Part shown: piece by piece, positions 54,511-62,868 of the stretch
Layout: every line of letters starts with the position of its first letter
How positions within the stretch are numbered: the stretch's first letter is position 1
Origin: a virus
Length of the DNA: 64,000 nt
Virus record (IMG/VR): IMGVR_UViG_3300009182_000002
Coordinates: 1 to 64,000 of that record
Strand: one strand, 5' to 3'
Position numbers and translations under genes: made by a program
The notes under the pieces: generated by a model
Seen by the model: only the letters and a program-made list of their open reading frames with translations
The model's database searches: none
Told to the model about the DNA's origin: nothing

Positions 54511-55688
54511 AGTTGTACTCCCGTGAACTCATGGCCGTCGAAGACAGTCCAGCCGTCCATGATGTGAACCGGGATGATGTGGAACCTGCCATCGGGGTGG
54601 TACCAGACCACGCCCATGCCCTGCTGCCAGTTCTCCCAATGGATCGCTGGACGGCCATCAAGGTGCGTGGCGCTGTGGAAAGACGGCACGGCTCCGTCCA
54701 CACGGCTAAGGCAGCCGGGGCTGAAGCCGACAGAGCGGACGGGTCCGCTGCGGTCGTGGATGGTTCGGTACTGCATCTCAATCCTGTGAATATGGCCGAA
54801 GATCGTGGAGATGTTCGGGCTGTCTTTGACGGTGAGATTCGCCGTAGAGCCGCCGCTGGTGATCTTGTGACCGTGGATCGCTCTGAGGCGGTCGTTAATC
54901 CAATACTCACCGGCTGGCCAAGCGTCGATGTACTCAATGTCTAGTTCGTCAAGCCTTAACAGGTAAGGAACCGAGAGCACGGGCCAAGATTCCGGAGTGT
55001 CTGCTCGCTTGAGACCGAAAGAGGCCATGGCGTTTCGCTTGCTGTAGTCGCCCATCCTCTTGTCGTGGTTGCCCTCGACCAGAACATGCTTGGCATCAGG
55101 TGCCAGCGCCCGGGTCTCGGCTAGCAACTGATAGCCATATTCCAAGGACATCTGCGTGGTCCTTGCAAAGGAAGGTTCCTGAGCCCATCGAGACTGCTCC
55201 GGCAGATCGAGGTAGTCGCCGAGCCAGATGACCTGATCGATTCCGTGCTTGCGCTGGAGGTAGTTAACAACGGCCAAAGCACAAGCAATGGCCTCGTTGT
55301 CATGGAACGGGTCAGTAGTTCCATCGTCGTAGTGATAGAAGCCAATCTGGGTGTCGGGAAGAATTACCGCCAGTTCCCACCCGTCCAACTTCTTGGGCTT
55401 CGAGGGGTTCGACTTGATTGTGACAGGAGCAGGCTGCTGGATCACGGGCCACTCAGGGCCGGATTCCCACCTCGGGGAGATGACGATGCGAGCGGCCTCC
55501 AAGTCAATGACCTGAGGGTCTCCGTTGTCGTCTTTCATCATGCCTTGGTACTGGGACAGCGTGATCCTGCTGACGCTGCCAAGGTCTCCGTGCTCTAGCC
55601 CGTTCTGCTCCATGACCTCAGCCACCTTCTTGATGATGGCTTGGCTGGGCTGAGACTTGGCTTCTTCGATTCGTTTTTTTAAGGACAT
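54507..55688 (-). CDS. calcineurin-like metallophosphoesterase
   Basis: PDTQ, GDYLD, EGNHD, HGH, GHIH. Confidence 0.85.
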   Translation of the reverse strand: MSLKKRIEEAKSQPSQAIIKKVAEVMEQNGLEHGDLGSVSRITLSQYQGMMKDDNGDPQVIDLEAARIVISPRWESGPEWPVIQQPAPVTIKSNPSKPKKLDGWELAVILPDTQIGFYHYDDGTTDPFHDNEAIACALAVVNYLQRKHGIDQVIWLGDYLDLPEQSRWAQEPSFARTTQMSLEYGYQLLAETRALAPDAKHVLVEGNHDKRMGDYSKRNAMASFGLKRADTPESWPVLSVPYLLRLDELDIEYIDAWPAGEYWINDRLRAIHGHKITSGGSTANLTVKDSPNISTIFGHIHRIEMQYRTIHDRSGPVRSVGFSPGCLSRVDGAVPSFHSATHLDGRPAIHWENWQQGMGVVWYHPDGRFHIIPVHIMDGWTVFDGHEFTGVQL

Positions 55689-55912
55689 GAACAGCCTCCT
55701 CCGCGATGACGAGTGATCTGCGTAGGACTCAGCAGAACGTCGTACTCGTCCTTCACGGCAACGCGGATGGAAGGAGCCGAGAGATCTAGATCAGCGAGAA
55801 TGTCCGCGAACTCCTTGCGCTCCTCAGGAGAGAGGAGGTCTCTAATGAACAGTCCGACCGAGCACTTCTTGCGGTCGTTGACGTCATGCGCCTTGCTTAC
55901 AACGTTTGCCAT
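55679..55912 (-). CDS. small zinc-binding HTH-like protein
   Basis: CSV..ITRHRGGGCSC. Confidence 0.6.
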   Translation of the reverse strand: MANVVSKAHDVNDRKKCSVGLFIRDLLSPEERKEFADILADLDLSAPSIRVAVKDEYDVLLSPTQITRHRGGGCSCP

Positions 55913-56031
55913 CTTCCCCACGGGCAGCACTCCGGAAGATTCACTTGATCAGGGACTTTCCCCACAATCAGGCTACCGGGTGTAAGCACGCCGTGTCTAC
56001 TCTTGACACACCTAGAGATGCCAGTTCGTTT

Positions 56032-56295
56032 CTACTCAAAATTGAGATACGAGCCAGCAGTGTTCTTGGAATAGGGGGCAGGGGCCTTGCCGCCGGGGAC
56101 ACGCCACGCGGTGGTACGACCGTACGTCGTAGAGTTCTTGGACTGAAAGCCGACTACGCCGGGAGTATCGAAGTCCGCGTGCTCGTGCGGCTTCATCGCA
56201 TGGGCTTCCGGAACGTTGCCAACGCCGTAGGTGCTTGGTTGACCGTTGTTAGGCCCGCCAAACTGAACCGACGACAGGCTCTGCACCGCTGCCAT
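56032..56295 (-). CDS. hypothetical protein
   Basis: starts MAAVQSLSSVQF. Confidence 0.55.
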   Translation of the reverse strand: MAAVQSLSSVQFGGPNNGQPSTYGVGNVPEAHAMKPHEHADFDTPGVVGFQSKNSTTYGRTTAWRVPGGKAPAPYSKNTAGSYLNFE

Positions 56296-56300
56296 GTCGA

Positions 56301-56747
56301 TCAGCCCATCGAAGACTGCGAGCCATCCCAGAAATTGGGGGACGACTTGCCTGCAACCGAACGGATGATTCGTCCGTTGGCCTGAGTGGCACCGGCCTCG
56401 GGGGAGGTCTGGGCGATGTAGTTCACGACTACACCGTAGTGAGCGCCGTTTCGGTCATAGGAAGCATACTGGTGCGTTCCCGGCTGGCCCGGCATCAAAT
56501 TCGGGTTATTGTCCTTTGACTGATGCTTAGGCATGAACGTCGTGTTCTTCGACGGCGCGCTCGAAGCGTCGTTGAACGTGTAGCCGTCGTTGCCCATGGG
56601 CTGTCGCGGGTTTCCGACCTTGGCCATACCGGCCAGAGCCTCAGCGGGGTCAGGAATGTTGCTCTTAGCCACGACACCTCCAAGGTGCGAGGACGGAGAA
56701 CCCGTGCGACGACGCTGGCTTGCTCCCTGCATGCGCCAATCAGACAC
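56301..56747 (-). CDS. hypothetical protein
   Basis: first gene after the promoter at 56792-56826; ATQANGRII. Confidence 0.6.
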   Translation of the reverse strand: MSDWRMQGASQRRRTGSPSSHLGGVVAKSNIPDPAEALAGMAKVGNPRQPMGNDGYTFNDASSAPSKNTTFMPKHQSKDNNPNLMPGQPGTHQYASYDRNGAHYGVVVNYIAQTSPEAGATQANGRIIRSVAGKSSPNFWDGSQSSMG

Positions 56748-56805
56748 GAGAACCTCTCAAAAGGGTTGAAATTGCGGGACCACTGAGTACAACGGTACGG
56801 TCTTG

Positions 56806-57087
56806 TTAAAGAACCGTCACCGTAAAAACAATGGCGCTGATGCTTCCATCACGGCTCTCAATGGTGGCAAACCCGGGTTTGAAGATCAGGTCCAATCCGC
56901 GAGGAGCGGTGTACCCGCGAGCGATGGCCATGGCCTTGACGGCCTGATTGACTGCGCCAGCCCCAACGGCCCGAAGGGTTACCTTTCGGGTGTCGTAGAT
57001 GGCGTGGGCGATTGCGCTGGCAACCGATTGAGGGTTGCTACTGGCGCTGACCCGGAGGAAGTTTTCCTCCTCGTGAGGCTTATCCAC
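56806..57087 (-). CDS. spoVS: SpoVS family protein
   Basis: LRVSASSNPQSVASAIA..AVGAGAVNQAVKAMAIARGY..PGF. Confidence 0.9.
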   Translation of the reverse strand: MDKPHEEENFLRVSASSNPQSVASAIAHAIYDTRKVTLRAVGAGAVNQAVKAMAIARGYTAPRGLDLIFKPGFATIESRDGSISAIVFTVTVL

Positions 57088-57193
57088 TTGGTGATCCTTG
57101 GCAAGATGTGATGCTCCGTTTGCCCTCGCCAAGGTCAACGGTAGATGTGACACCCCCGGGTGTACTGCTAAATCGACTCGTAGTAGTTCTGCA

Positions 57194-57517
57194 TTAGGGC
57201 TGGCCACGGTACTTCAAGATTTGCTTTCGGCTCATTGCGCTAATCGTCGCCGAGACCGTGTCCACCGCCATGCTCACAGAGACACCGATGTCTTCAGGAT
57301 GTCCCGGGTTCTTATCCCAATGAGAAGTCCATGGAAGTGACATGACTACTTCTGTAACTAGGTCCATGAACTGACCCGTGGTCAAGTACCACTCAGGGAC
57401 CCGAGGAGGCGTGTAGTTCGCGCGAAGTTGATCAATTATTTCTTGGGTCAACGGTGAACCCGTTTCCTCCGTCTCGGTACTTGTCGTCTTGAAGTTTTCT
57501 GATGACTTCTTGCTCAT
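57194..57517 (-). CDS. hypothetical protein
   Basis: 107 aa; start uncertain. Confidence 0.5.
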   Translation of the reverse strand: MSKKSSENFKTTSTETEETGSPLTQEIIDQLRANYTPPRVPEWYLTTGQFMDLVTEVVMSLPWTSHWDKNPGHPEDIGVSVSMAVDTVSATISAMSRKQILKYRGQP

Positions 57518-58049
57518 ACGCTGTGTCTCCTAATCCGGCGGCAATACGGGCTAGCCCGTAACTGTCTGCCGCGTTGTCGTCTGTGAATTCGACCCCCCAC
57601 TTCTTGTAGGTGTGGAGGAGGATCATGTTCTTCTGAATTCCGGTGCCCTTGCCCGTCACGTATTTCTTGAGCGAGGCCGGGGCGACTTGCAGTGGGTACT
57701 GTCCTGCGCTGTCTAGCAACTCGCACAAGCAAGCAAGCCGAACGACGCCCCACAACTCCCCGGAGATCAGCGCGCTGTGGCTCATACGCACTGGGGACTC
57801 TGCGGCTACGTCGAACACGACGTTGCCTTCACGTTGTAGGTCGCTGAACTCGTTCATGGTCCATACCCAGATGTTGCACAGACGGTCGATACCGCTACCC
57901 GGCGCGCGATACACGCGGGTACGGTGCTGGAGACCGTCGATGCTGAGCACGGTCATGGCGAATCCAGTGTATGACTGGTCGATTCCGATGGCTACGATTC
58001 CCGGGCTGTCGAGAGCCCCCCACTCTCGTACCTCAGACCGCACAGCCAT
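57432..58049 (-). CDS. RuvC-like resolvase/nuclease
   Basis: IGIDQSYTG, AAE, PASLKKYVTGKG..K, DNAADSY. Confidence 0.8.
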   Translation of the reverse strand: MAVRSEVREWGALDSPGIVAIGIDQSYTGFAMTVLSIDGLQHRTRVYRAPGSGIDRLCNIWVWTMNEFSDLQREGNVVFDVAAESPVRMSHSALISGELWGVVRLACLCELLDSAGQYPLQVAPASLKKYVTGKGTGIQKNMILLHTYKKWGVEFTDDNAADSYGLARIAAGLGDTAYEQEVIRKLQDDKYRDGGNGFTVDPRNN

Positions 58050-58171
58050 CGCAGAGATACTCACTGCCTCGCCACAGGACCCCTGCCTTCAGGGTCTTGC
58101 AAGAAGAGCACAGTCGGTACTCCTCTTCCTCTGTCTCACCGTTGTCGTAAACATCGAACTTGTCTGTCATC

Positions 58172-58627
58172 TCAGTTCTCCTTCCGAGTGCGCTTGGCAC
58201 GTTCTGCCTTGATCATCGGGATGGTCAACCAATAACCAATCCCGTCTAGCGGATTGTCTTCGGTAGGTCGGTTGAGTTCGCGGGCGATCTTCACGCAGAC
58301 CATGGCCATGGCAACCTGCTCTGGGGTCACCGGAACTCCAAAGATGACGCTCCACATCGTGGCCTGCTTGGTGAAGTCGTCCAGTGGGTGACCGTAGTCG
58401 GTGTTTCTGTCGCCTGCGACTAGGTCAGCGGCCTTGTTAGCCACGATGTGCGCGATTTCTTTGGTGTCATCGGGGTAGATAATCCCACCGGTAGGAGTCA
58501 CATCGAACAAAGTTCCCTGCACCCACTTCGGTTTCTCTTCGGCACGCTTCTTCTCGTATGCGTGCGGAGGGTCGTTGTAGTTGGTCCCTGTGAACGAGTA
58601 ATTCTGCTGGGGGTTCAGGGGCTCCAT
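58172..58627 (-). CDS. DUF6378 / dATP-dGTP diphosphohydrolase-like protein
   Basis: [36 protein letters not shown]. Confidence 0.8.
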   Translation of the reverse strand: MEPLNPQQNYSFTGTNYNDPPHAYEKKRAEEKPKWVQGTLFDVTPTGGIIYPDDTKEIAHIVANKAADLVAGDRNTDYGHPLDDFTKQATMWSVIFGVPVTPEQVAMAMVCVKIARELNRPTEDNPLDGIGYWLTIPMIKAERAKRTRKEN

Positions 58628-59112
58628 CGGCTGCTCCTCCTAGTGATGGGTGTCGATCCGGACGTGCGTCGAGTGAGTTCTCGGGAGATCAGCGCGGCGT
58701 CGCGCTCAACGTTCGTAGCAATGGCCTCTACCAAAGTCCGGTAGGCGTGCTTCTCATCAAGTTCTTCCCGCGCTTTCTCAACTACGGGATCGGAAGCAAC
58801 CTTCGCCTTGGTGATAGCAACCCGGTCGTCTCGCCCTCCCGACCAGTTGACCGCGACGGCCTTGGCCTCTGCCATGTCGAGAGTGCGCTGGGCCGACCTC
58901 TCGTCCACCCGCGCGAAAGCAACCTGCACAGCGGTGTAGTCGTTCCACGACGTGTACGCGACGAAGAGGTTCATCAAGTCGTCATCACCCACGTCGGTGA
59001 TATCCGGGGGGAGAGTCGGGATGTCCTCATTCGGCTTGTTCGGGAGAGCGATGCCCTGAGTCGTCGTTCTGGCGACAGCGTCTCGGCTGGTCTGCCCCAT
59101 GAAGTAGTTCAC
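58615..59112 (-). CDS. helical hypothetical protein (possibly a recombination mediator)
   Basis: [15 protein letters not shown]; in the recombination cluster. Confidence 0.6.
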   Translation of the reverse strand: MNYFMGQTSRDAVARTTTQGIALPNKPNEDIPTLPPDITDVGDDDLMNLFVAYTSWNDYTAVQVAFARVDERSAQRTLDMAEAKAVAVNWSGGRDDRVAITKAKVASDPVVEKAREELDEKHAYRTLVEAIATNVERDAALISRELTRRTSGSTPITRRSSRWSP

Positions 59113-59333
59113 AGCGGATCACTTCCAATGTGGGCACGATCCCCGTCGATAGATACGACTCCACGTCCTGCCACCACGATGTGTGGCTGAGCGCTTCTTT
59201 CACGGGTATACGTGGGTACATCAATGGACAGACTTCGCACGTAGTGGCATTTGCCTTCGTAGTGAAGCGTCAGAACCGGGTGCCCGATGCGCTTGCTCTC
59301 AGGCTTGTTGTAATGAAACCAAAACGACTTCAC
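59109..59333 (-). CDS. hypothetical protein
   Basis: FWFHYNKP..QPHIVVAG. Confidence 0.65.
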   Translation of the reverse strand: MKSFWFHYNKPESKRIGHPVLTLHYEGKCHYVRSLSIDVPTYTRERSAQPHIVVAGRGVVSIDGDRAHIGSDPL

Positions 59334-60166
59334 GACTCCTCCTCAAACGCGAGGCACTTCTTGCAACCACCCTTGTCGGGGCTGACGTTGCACTCCGGAG
59401 CGTCTGTCATCGCGAGGATGCGAGCGCACGTCTGGAGGATGTCTTCCAAGTAGTCCGGCGAATACTTGACACTGAACTCCTTCGCGTCTTGGTTTGCCTT
59501 CCACTCGTAGAGGAAGACGCACTCGTTAGGAGCCGGTCGGGAAAGCAGACCGTCAGCATCCATAACGTGCAGGAGGTGGAGGTACATCTGACCTTGAAGG
59601 AAGTGGGTCCTGAACGGATTGCGGATCTGGTCCCACGCTTTGTCAGCGTCGTTGTTCGTCTTGGCAAGGAGATGCGGAGCCTCGTGGCGCAACGTCCCCG
59701 AACCGACGCTCTTGATCTCGATGATGAAATCGTCACCAATTCCGACAACCCATCCATCGCAATGGCCACGAATGCGGAGGCTGTTGTCCCGCAGCGGTAC
59801 CTCTAGATACTTGCCCCCGAGGGATAACCCCCAGTAGTCGGTCTTCTCTTCGCCCTTCCACAGCCCATACAAGACGCCCATCTCCTCAAGACGGGACTGC
59901 CACTTGGCGTGGATGTAGTGGCCCTCATCGAAGATGTTGTTGGTGCGGAGGTTGTGGCGCTCAGGGAGAGGCTTCTCCCCCGCCACGACCGCGAGCCACG
60001 ATGCGCGGTGGCACCAGTCGTCGCGCACCATCTCGCTGGGGTGGAAGACGTCCGTGCGTCTGGACGTGTCCGGTGGCCGCGTCAACATGTGCTTCTCGAT
60101 TGGACCTAGGAGACGGGTCTCCCGCTTGCTCGCCTCAAGGTAGGCCTTGAGTGCAGATTTTGCCAT
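59330..60166 (-). CDS. Cas4-like PD-(D/E)XK exonuclease
   Basis: HPSE..WC, FDEGH.IH, GHCDG, EIKS, Q..Y, C..CKKC. Confidence 0.85.
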   Translation of the reverse strand: MAKSALKAYLEASKRETRLLGPIEKHMLTRPPDTSRRTDVFHPSEMVRDDWCHRASWLAVVAGEKPLPERHNLRTNNIFDEGHYIHAKWQSRLEEMGVLYGLWKGEEKTDYWGLSLGGKYLEVPLRDNSLRIRGHCDGWVVGIGDDFIIEIKSVGSGTLRHEAPHLLAKTNNDADKAWDQIRNPFRTHFLQGQMYLHLLHVMDADGLLSRPAPNECVFLYEWKANQDAKEFSVKYSPDYLEDILQTCARILAMTDAPECNVSPDKGGCKKCLAFEEES

Positions 60167-60196
60167 GTGCCCTCCACATGCTCTCAGGGTGCCAGT

Positions 60197-60403
60197 CTAG
60201 CCGTCATAGTCCGGATGATCAACAGGACACGGGACTGTGACGGGAGACCCGCACGAATAACACTCTCCATTCAACGCCCACCACGAGACGTCGTATTCCT
60301 CAAATGCGACCGCTATGAGGAAGACGTTGTAGCCGCAGTTGAGGCACTCATGGGTGGGGATGCCAGTGGCGTCGATCCCGAGTCCTGCTTCTAGAGGTTC
60401 CAC
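60197..60403 (-). CDS. zinc-ribbon protein
   Basis: GIPTHECLNCG..ECYSCG..PCPVD. Confidence 0.7.
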   Translation of the reverse strand: MEPLEAGLGIDATGIPTHECLNCGYNVFLIAVAFEEYDVSWWALNGECYSCGSPVTVPCPVDHPDYDG

Positions 60404-60702
60404 ACGTACTCCTCAAGATCAGAGTCATCATCGAGGCGTTGCCAACGGCGAACCAAGGCATTCCGCTCACGATGAGACATTCCGCCTCGGATACCGTGCA
60501 ACTCGTCGGTCTCAATGGCGTCTAGCAAGCACTCGCGCCTAACAACGCACTCGTCCTCACCATCCCGACCCCAGCAGACCGCTTTCGCTGAATCAGCAAT
60601 CGGTTTGTACAAAGACTTGTCACGAGGTGGAAAGAAGATCTCGGTGTCCATGCCACGACACTTCGCCTCGTAACGCCATGAATAATCAGGTTTCTGGCTC
60701 AC
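60391..60702 (-). CDS. whiB: WhiB-family transcription factor
   Basis: WRYEAKC..FFP..AKAVC..C.VRRECL..GIRGGMSHRER. Confidence 0.9.
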   Translation of the reverse strand: MSQKPDYSWRYEAKCRGMDTEIFFPPRDKSLYKPIADSAKAVCWGRDGEDECVVRRECLLDAIETDELHGIRGGMSHRERNALVRRWQRLDDDSDLEEYVWNL

Positions 60703-61021
60703 TGTTCTCCTGCACCAATCGGCGGCGCAGGTCTAAGAAGTCCTCCTCGTCAAGCACAACATAGTTATGCCCGTTGAGATGGATACCGAGAACAGGAATA
60801 CGACCATCGAGGAGAGCCTCGGTCATAATCTTCTCCAGTACCTGAGCCGAAAGGGAAAATGACTTCTTGCCCGTCCACTTATGCTCAATGAGCAAGTCCG
60901 TGGTACGGACATCTCCCTTACGGCTCCAGAAGGCACCGGAGGCGGCGGTTCTTGAACCACCTAGGACCTTCGCGAGTCTCTTTTCATGTCGCCCAGACTC
61001 ACGCTGGCCTTCACTCTTCAT
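60686..61021 (-). CDS. Holliday junction resolvase-like PD-(D/E)XK nuclease
   Basis: HEKRLA..ASGA..KGDV..IEHK. Confidence 0.75.
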   Translation of the reverse strand: MKSEGQRESGRHEKRLAKVLGGSRTAASGAFWSRKGDVRTTDLLIEHKWTGKKSFSLSAQVLEKIMTEALLDGRIPVLGIHLNGHNYVVLDEEDFLDLRRRLVQENSEPET

Positions 61022-62063
61022 TGCTGTCGGGTGAAACCAGAGCGACCTTGTGCTTCAGAGTGCCAAGGACGCCGGACTCCAGATCTTCGCGAAGATCGAG
61101 TTCTTCTCGAATAGAGTTTAGCAGATTCTCTGCACCTTGCCACTTACGGTCCCCGTAAAAGAACCAGCCACCACGACGTTCAACAATTCCGTTAAGAATG
61201 CTGATAGCAACAATCTCTTTGCCGAAATCGTAATCTCCGGGAGGAACCGCTCCGCCGTTCTCGAAGTAGAAATCGAAGTAGGCGGTCTGCTGTGGAGGAG
61301 CGGTCTTGTTCTTGATGGTGCGTACCCGGATCGTCTGCCCGATTCGTTGCTTGTTGCCAGACGAGCCGATCTCAATCCACTCGTCTCGCTTGACCTCACA
61401 GCGAACTGCCATTGCGTAGTCCTTGCCAAGACCACCGGGGGTGGTGCGAGGGTCTCCGTGCATAACGCCAATCTTCATGCGGAACTGGTTGATGACAATT
61501 CCGGTGACGCCGCGCTCTTCTTCAGTAAGAGAACGCTTGGTCGCCTTGCCGACTTTCCTGAAGAACTTGTTAGTGAGAAGGGCTCCACGACCAACTGTCG
61601 ATTCCTCCATCAATTTTTGGTCCTCTGTGCTTGGGACAAGGGCCGGTAGGGAATCAAGGATGACGAGGTCCACGGCCTTGCTCTCACAGAACTGGATGAC
61701 GGCTTCGTAGGCGTCCTCCATAATGTTGGTCTCCACGACCAACACGCGAGACGTGTCTACCCCACACAGTTCGGCGTACTGAGGGCTCCATGGCTCGGCA
61801 GCAACCCAGACAGTAATGAACTCTGGATTGGCCTGCTGGTTGGCCGCAATGGTCTTCAGCGCAATAGCGGTCTTTCCATGCGAAGCCTCACCAACGACCT
61901 CGGTCCACTGGCCGACAGGCCAACCTCCTCCAAGGACGACGTCCAACGACAGCGACCCGGTGGTAATGCGCTTCGGTAGCAACACATCACTACCAAGCAC
62001 CACAGTCCCGTCACCCATCTTCTTGTTAAGAAGAGCGGCAACCTTCATCACGTCCGTGTTCAT
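61011..62063 (-). CDS. recA: RecA recombinase
   Basis: TGSLSLDVVLGGGWP, GEASHGKT, ILDSL, INQFRMKIGVMHGDP.TTPGG, KNKTAPP. Confidence 0.93.
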   Translation of the reverse strand: MNTDVMKVAALLNKKMGDGTVVLGSDVLLPKRITTGSLSLDVVLGGGWPVGQWTEVVGEASHGKTAIALKTIAANQQANPEFITVWVAAEPWSPQYAELCGVDTSRVLVVETNIMEDAYEAVIQFCESKAVDLVILDSLPALVPSTEDQKLMEESTVGRGALLTNKFFRKVGKATKRSLTEEERGVTGIVINQFRMKIGVMHGDPRTTPGGLGKDYAMAVRCEVKRDEWIEIGSSGNKQRIGQTIRVRTIKNKTAPPQQTAYFDFYFENGGAVPPGDYDFGKEIVAISILNGIVERRGGWFFYGDRKWQGAENLLNSIREELDLREDLESGVLGTLKHKVALVSPDSNEE

Positions 62064-62455
62064 TCGATTCTCCCGACGATGTTGCTTGGGTTGTAGCCTG
62101 CTCCCTGAATCTGCTTAGCGGGAGTGACTGCACCACCTGAGTTGCTAGATGGCATGGTTGGACCGGAACCGGACTGCATGACTGGATACCCGCAGTCATA
62201 GCATCGCTGGTATGAGGACCCGGGGGCTGAGAAGTAGTTGCCGCTCATGCACTCGGGGCACTGCGACGTCTGGCGTACGCTCTGTGCCTTCGTTGTAGTG
62301 AGAGTGTCCTGCTCAGCGTCGTACTCAACAGGCATGCCGTGCGCCTGCTGGGGCGTTACCTGTAACGGCTGACGAGGAGGACTGGACACCGGAGGTGTCG
62401 AGGGGCGAGGGCCGGGGTTGCCCAACTTATTGGCCCACCAGTTGCTGTTGCTCAT
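62060..62455 (-). CDS. Pro-rich zinc-ribbon protein
   Basis: CPECMSGNY..CYDCGYP. Confidence 0.7.
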   Translation of the reverse strand: MSNSNWWANKLGNPGPRPSTPPVSSPPRQPLQVTPQQAHGMPVEYDAEQDTLTTTKAQSVRQTSQCPECMSGNYFSAPGSSYQRCYDCGYPVMQSGSGPTMPSSNSGGAVTPAKQIQGAGYNPSNIVGRIE

Positions 62456-62868
62456 TAGTCACCTGCCATGTGGATGATGTCTAGATCAAGAAGGTTGCTA
62501 AGGACCGCGAGAGCAGCGCTGAAGGCGACCGCTGAATACGCATCTTGCATTGCACTCATCACGCTTTCGGGGTATTCGGTTTCGGAGTAGGCATTCTGGA
62601 ACTCGACCGATGCCCTAGCAATAACCTGACTCTGAACCGAAACGATGGGCACGAAGATGGAGACTCGGTCCAAGCGAGCGATGCTTGCCTCCCGCTCCAT
62701 CTGGGCGACTTCGTCGCTGATAGGCGGGAATTCCAGCAACTCCGCGACTTCCTCGGGGTCTCCGATCATGGAGTCGTAGAGGGTCTTCCTCGCCAAGGTC
62801 CCGATGGGAACCTCAAAGACAACGAGGCTCGGGTCCTCGTCCTGTCTCTTCTTCCACGGCCATTTCAT
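62455..62868 (-). CDS. hypothetical protein
   Basis: starts MKWPW at an ATGA overlap with the polymerase stop. Confidence 0.65.
   Translation of the reverse strand: MKWPWKKRQDEDPSLVVFEVPIGTLARKTLYDSMIGDPEEVAELLEFPPISDEVAQMEREASIARLDRVSIFVPIVSVQSQVIARASVEFQNAYSETEYPESVMSAMQDAYSAVAFSAALAVLSNLLDLDIIHMAGD

Noticed and set aside
59330-60166. CRISPR-Cas system suggested by the Cas4-like gene
   Set aside because: No repeat-spacer array or other cas genes seen; stand-alone Cas4-like nucleases are common in phage recombination modules
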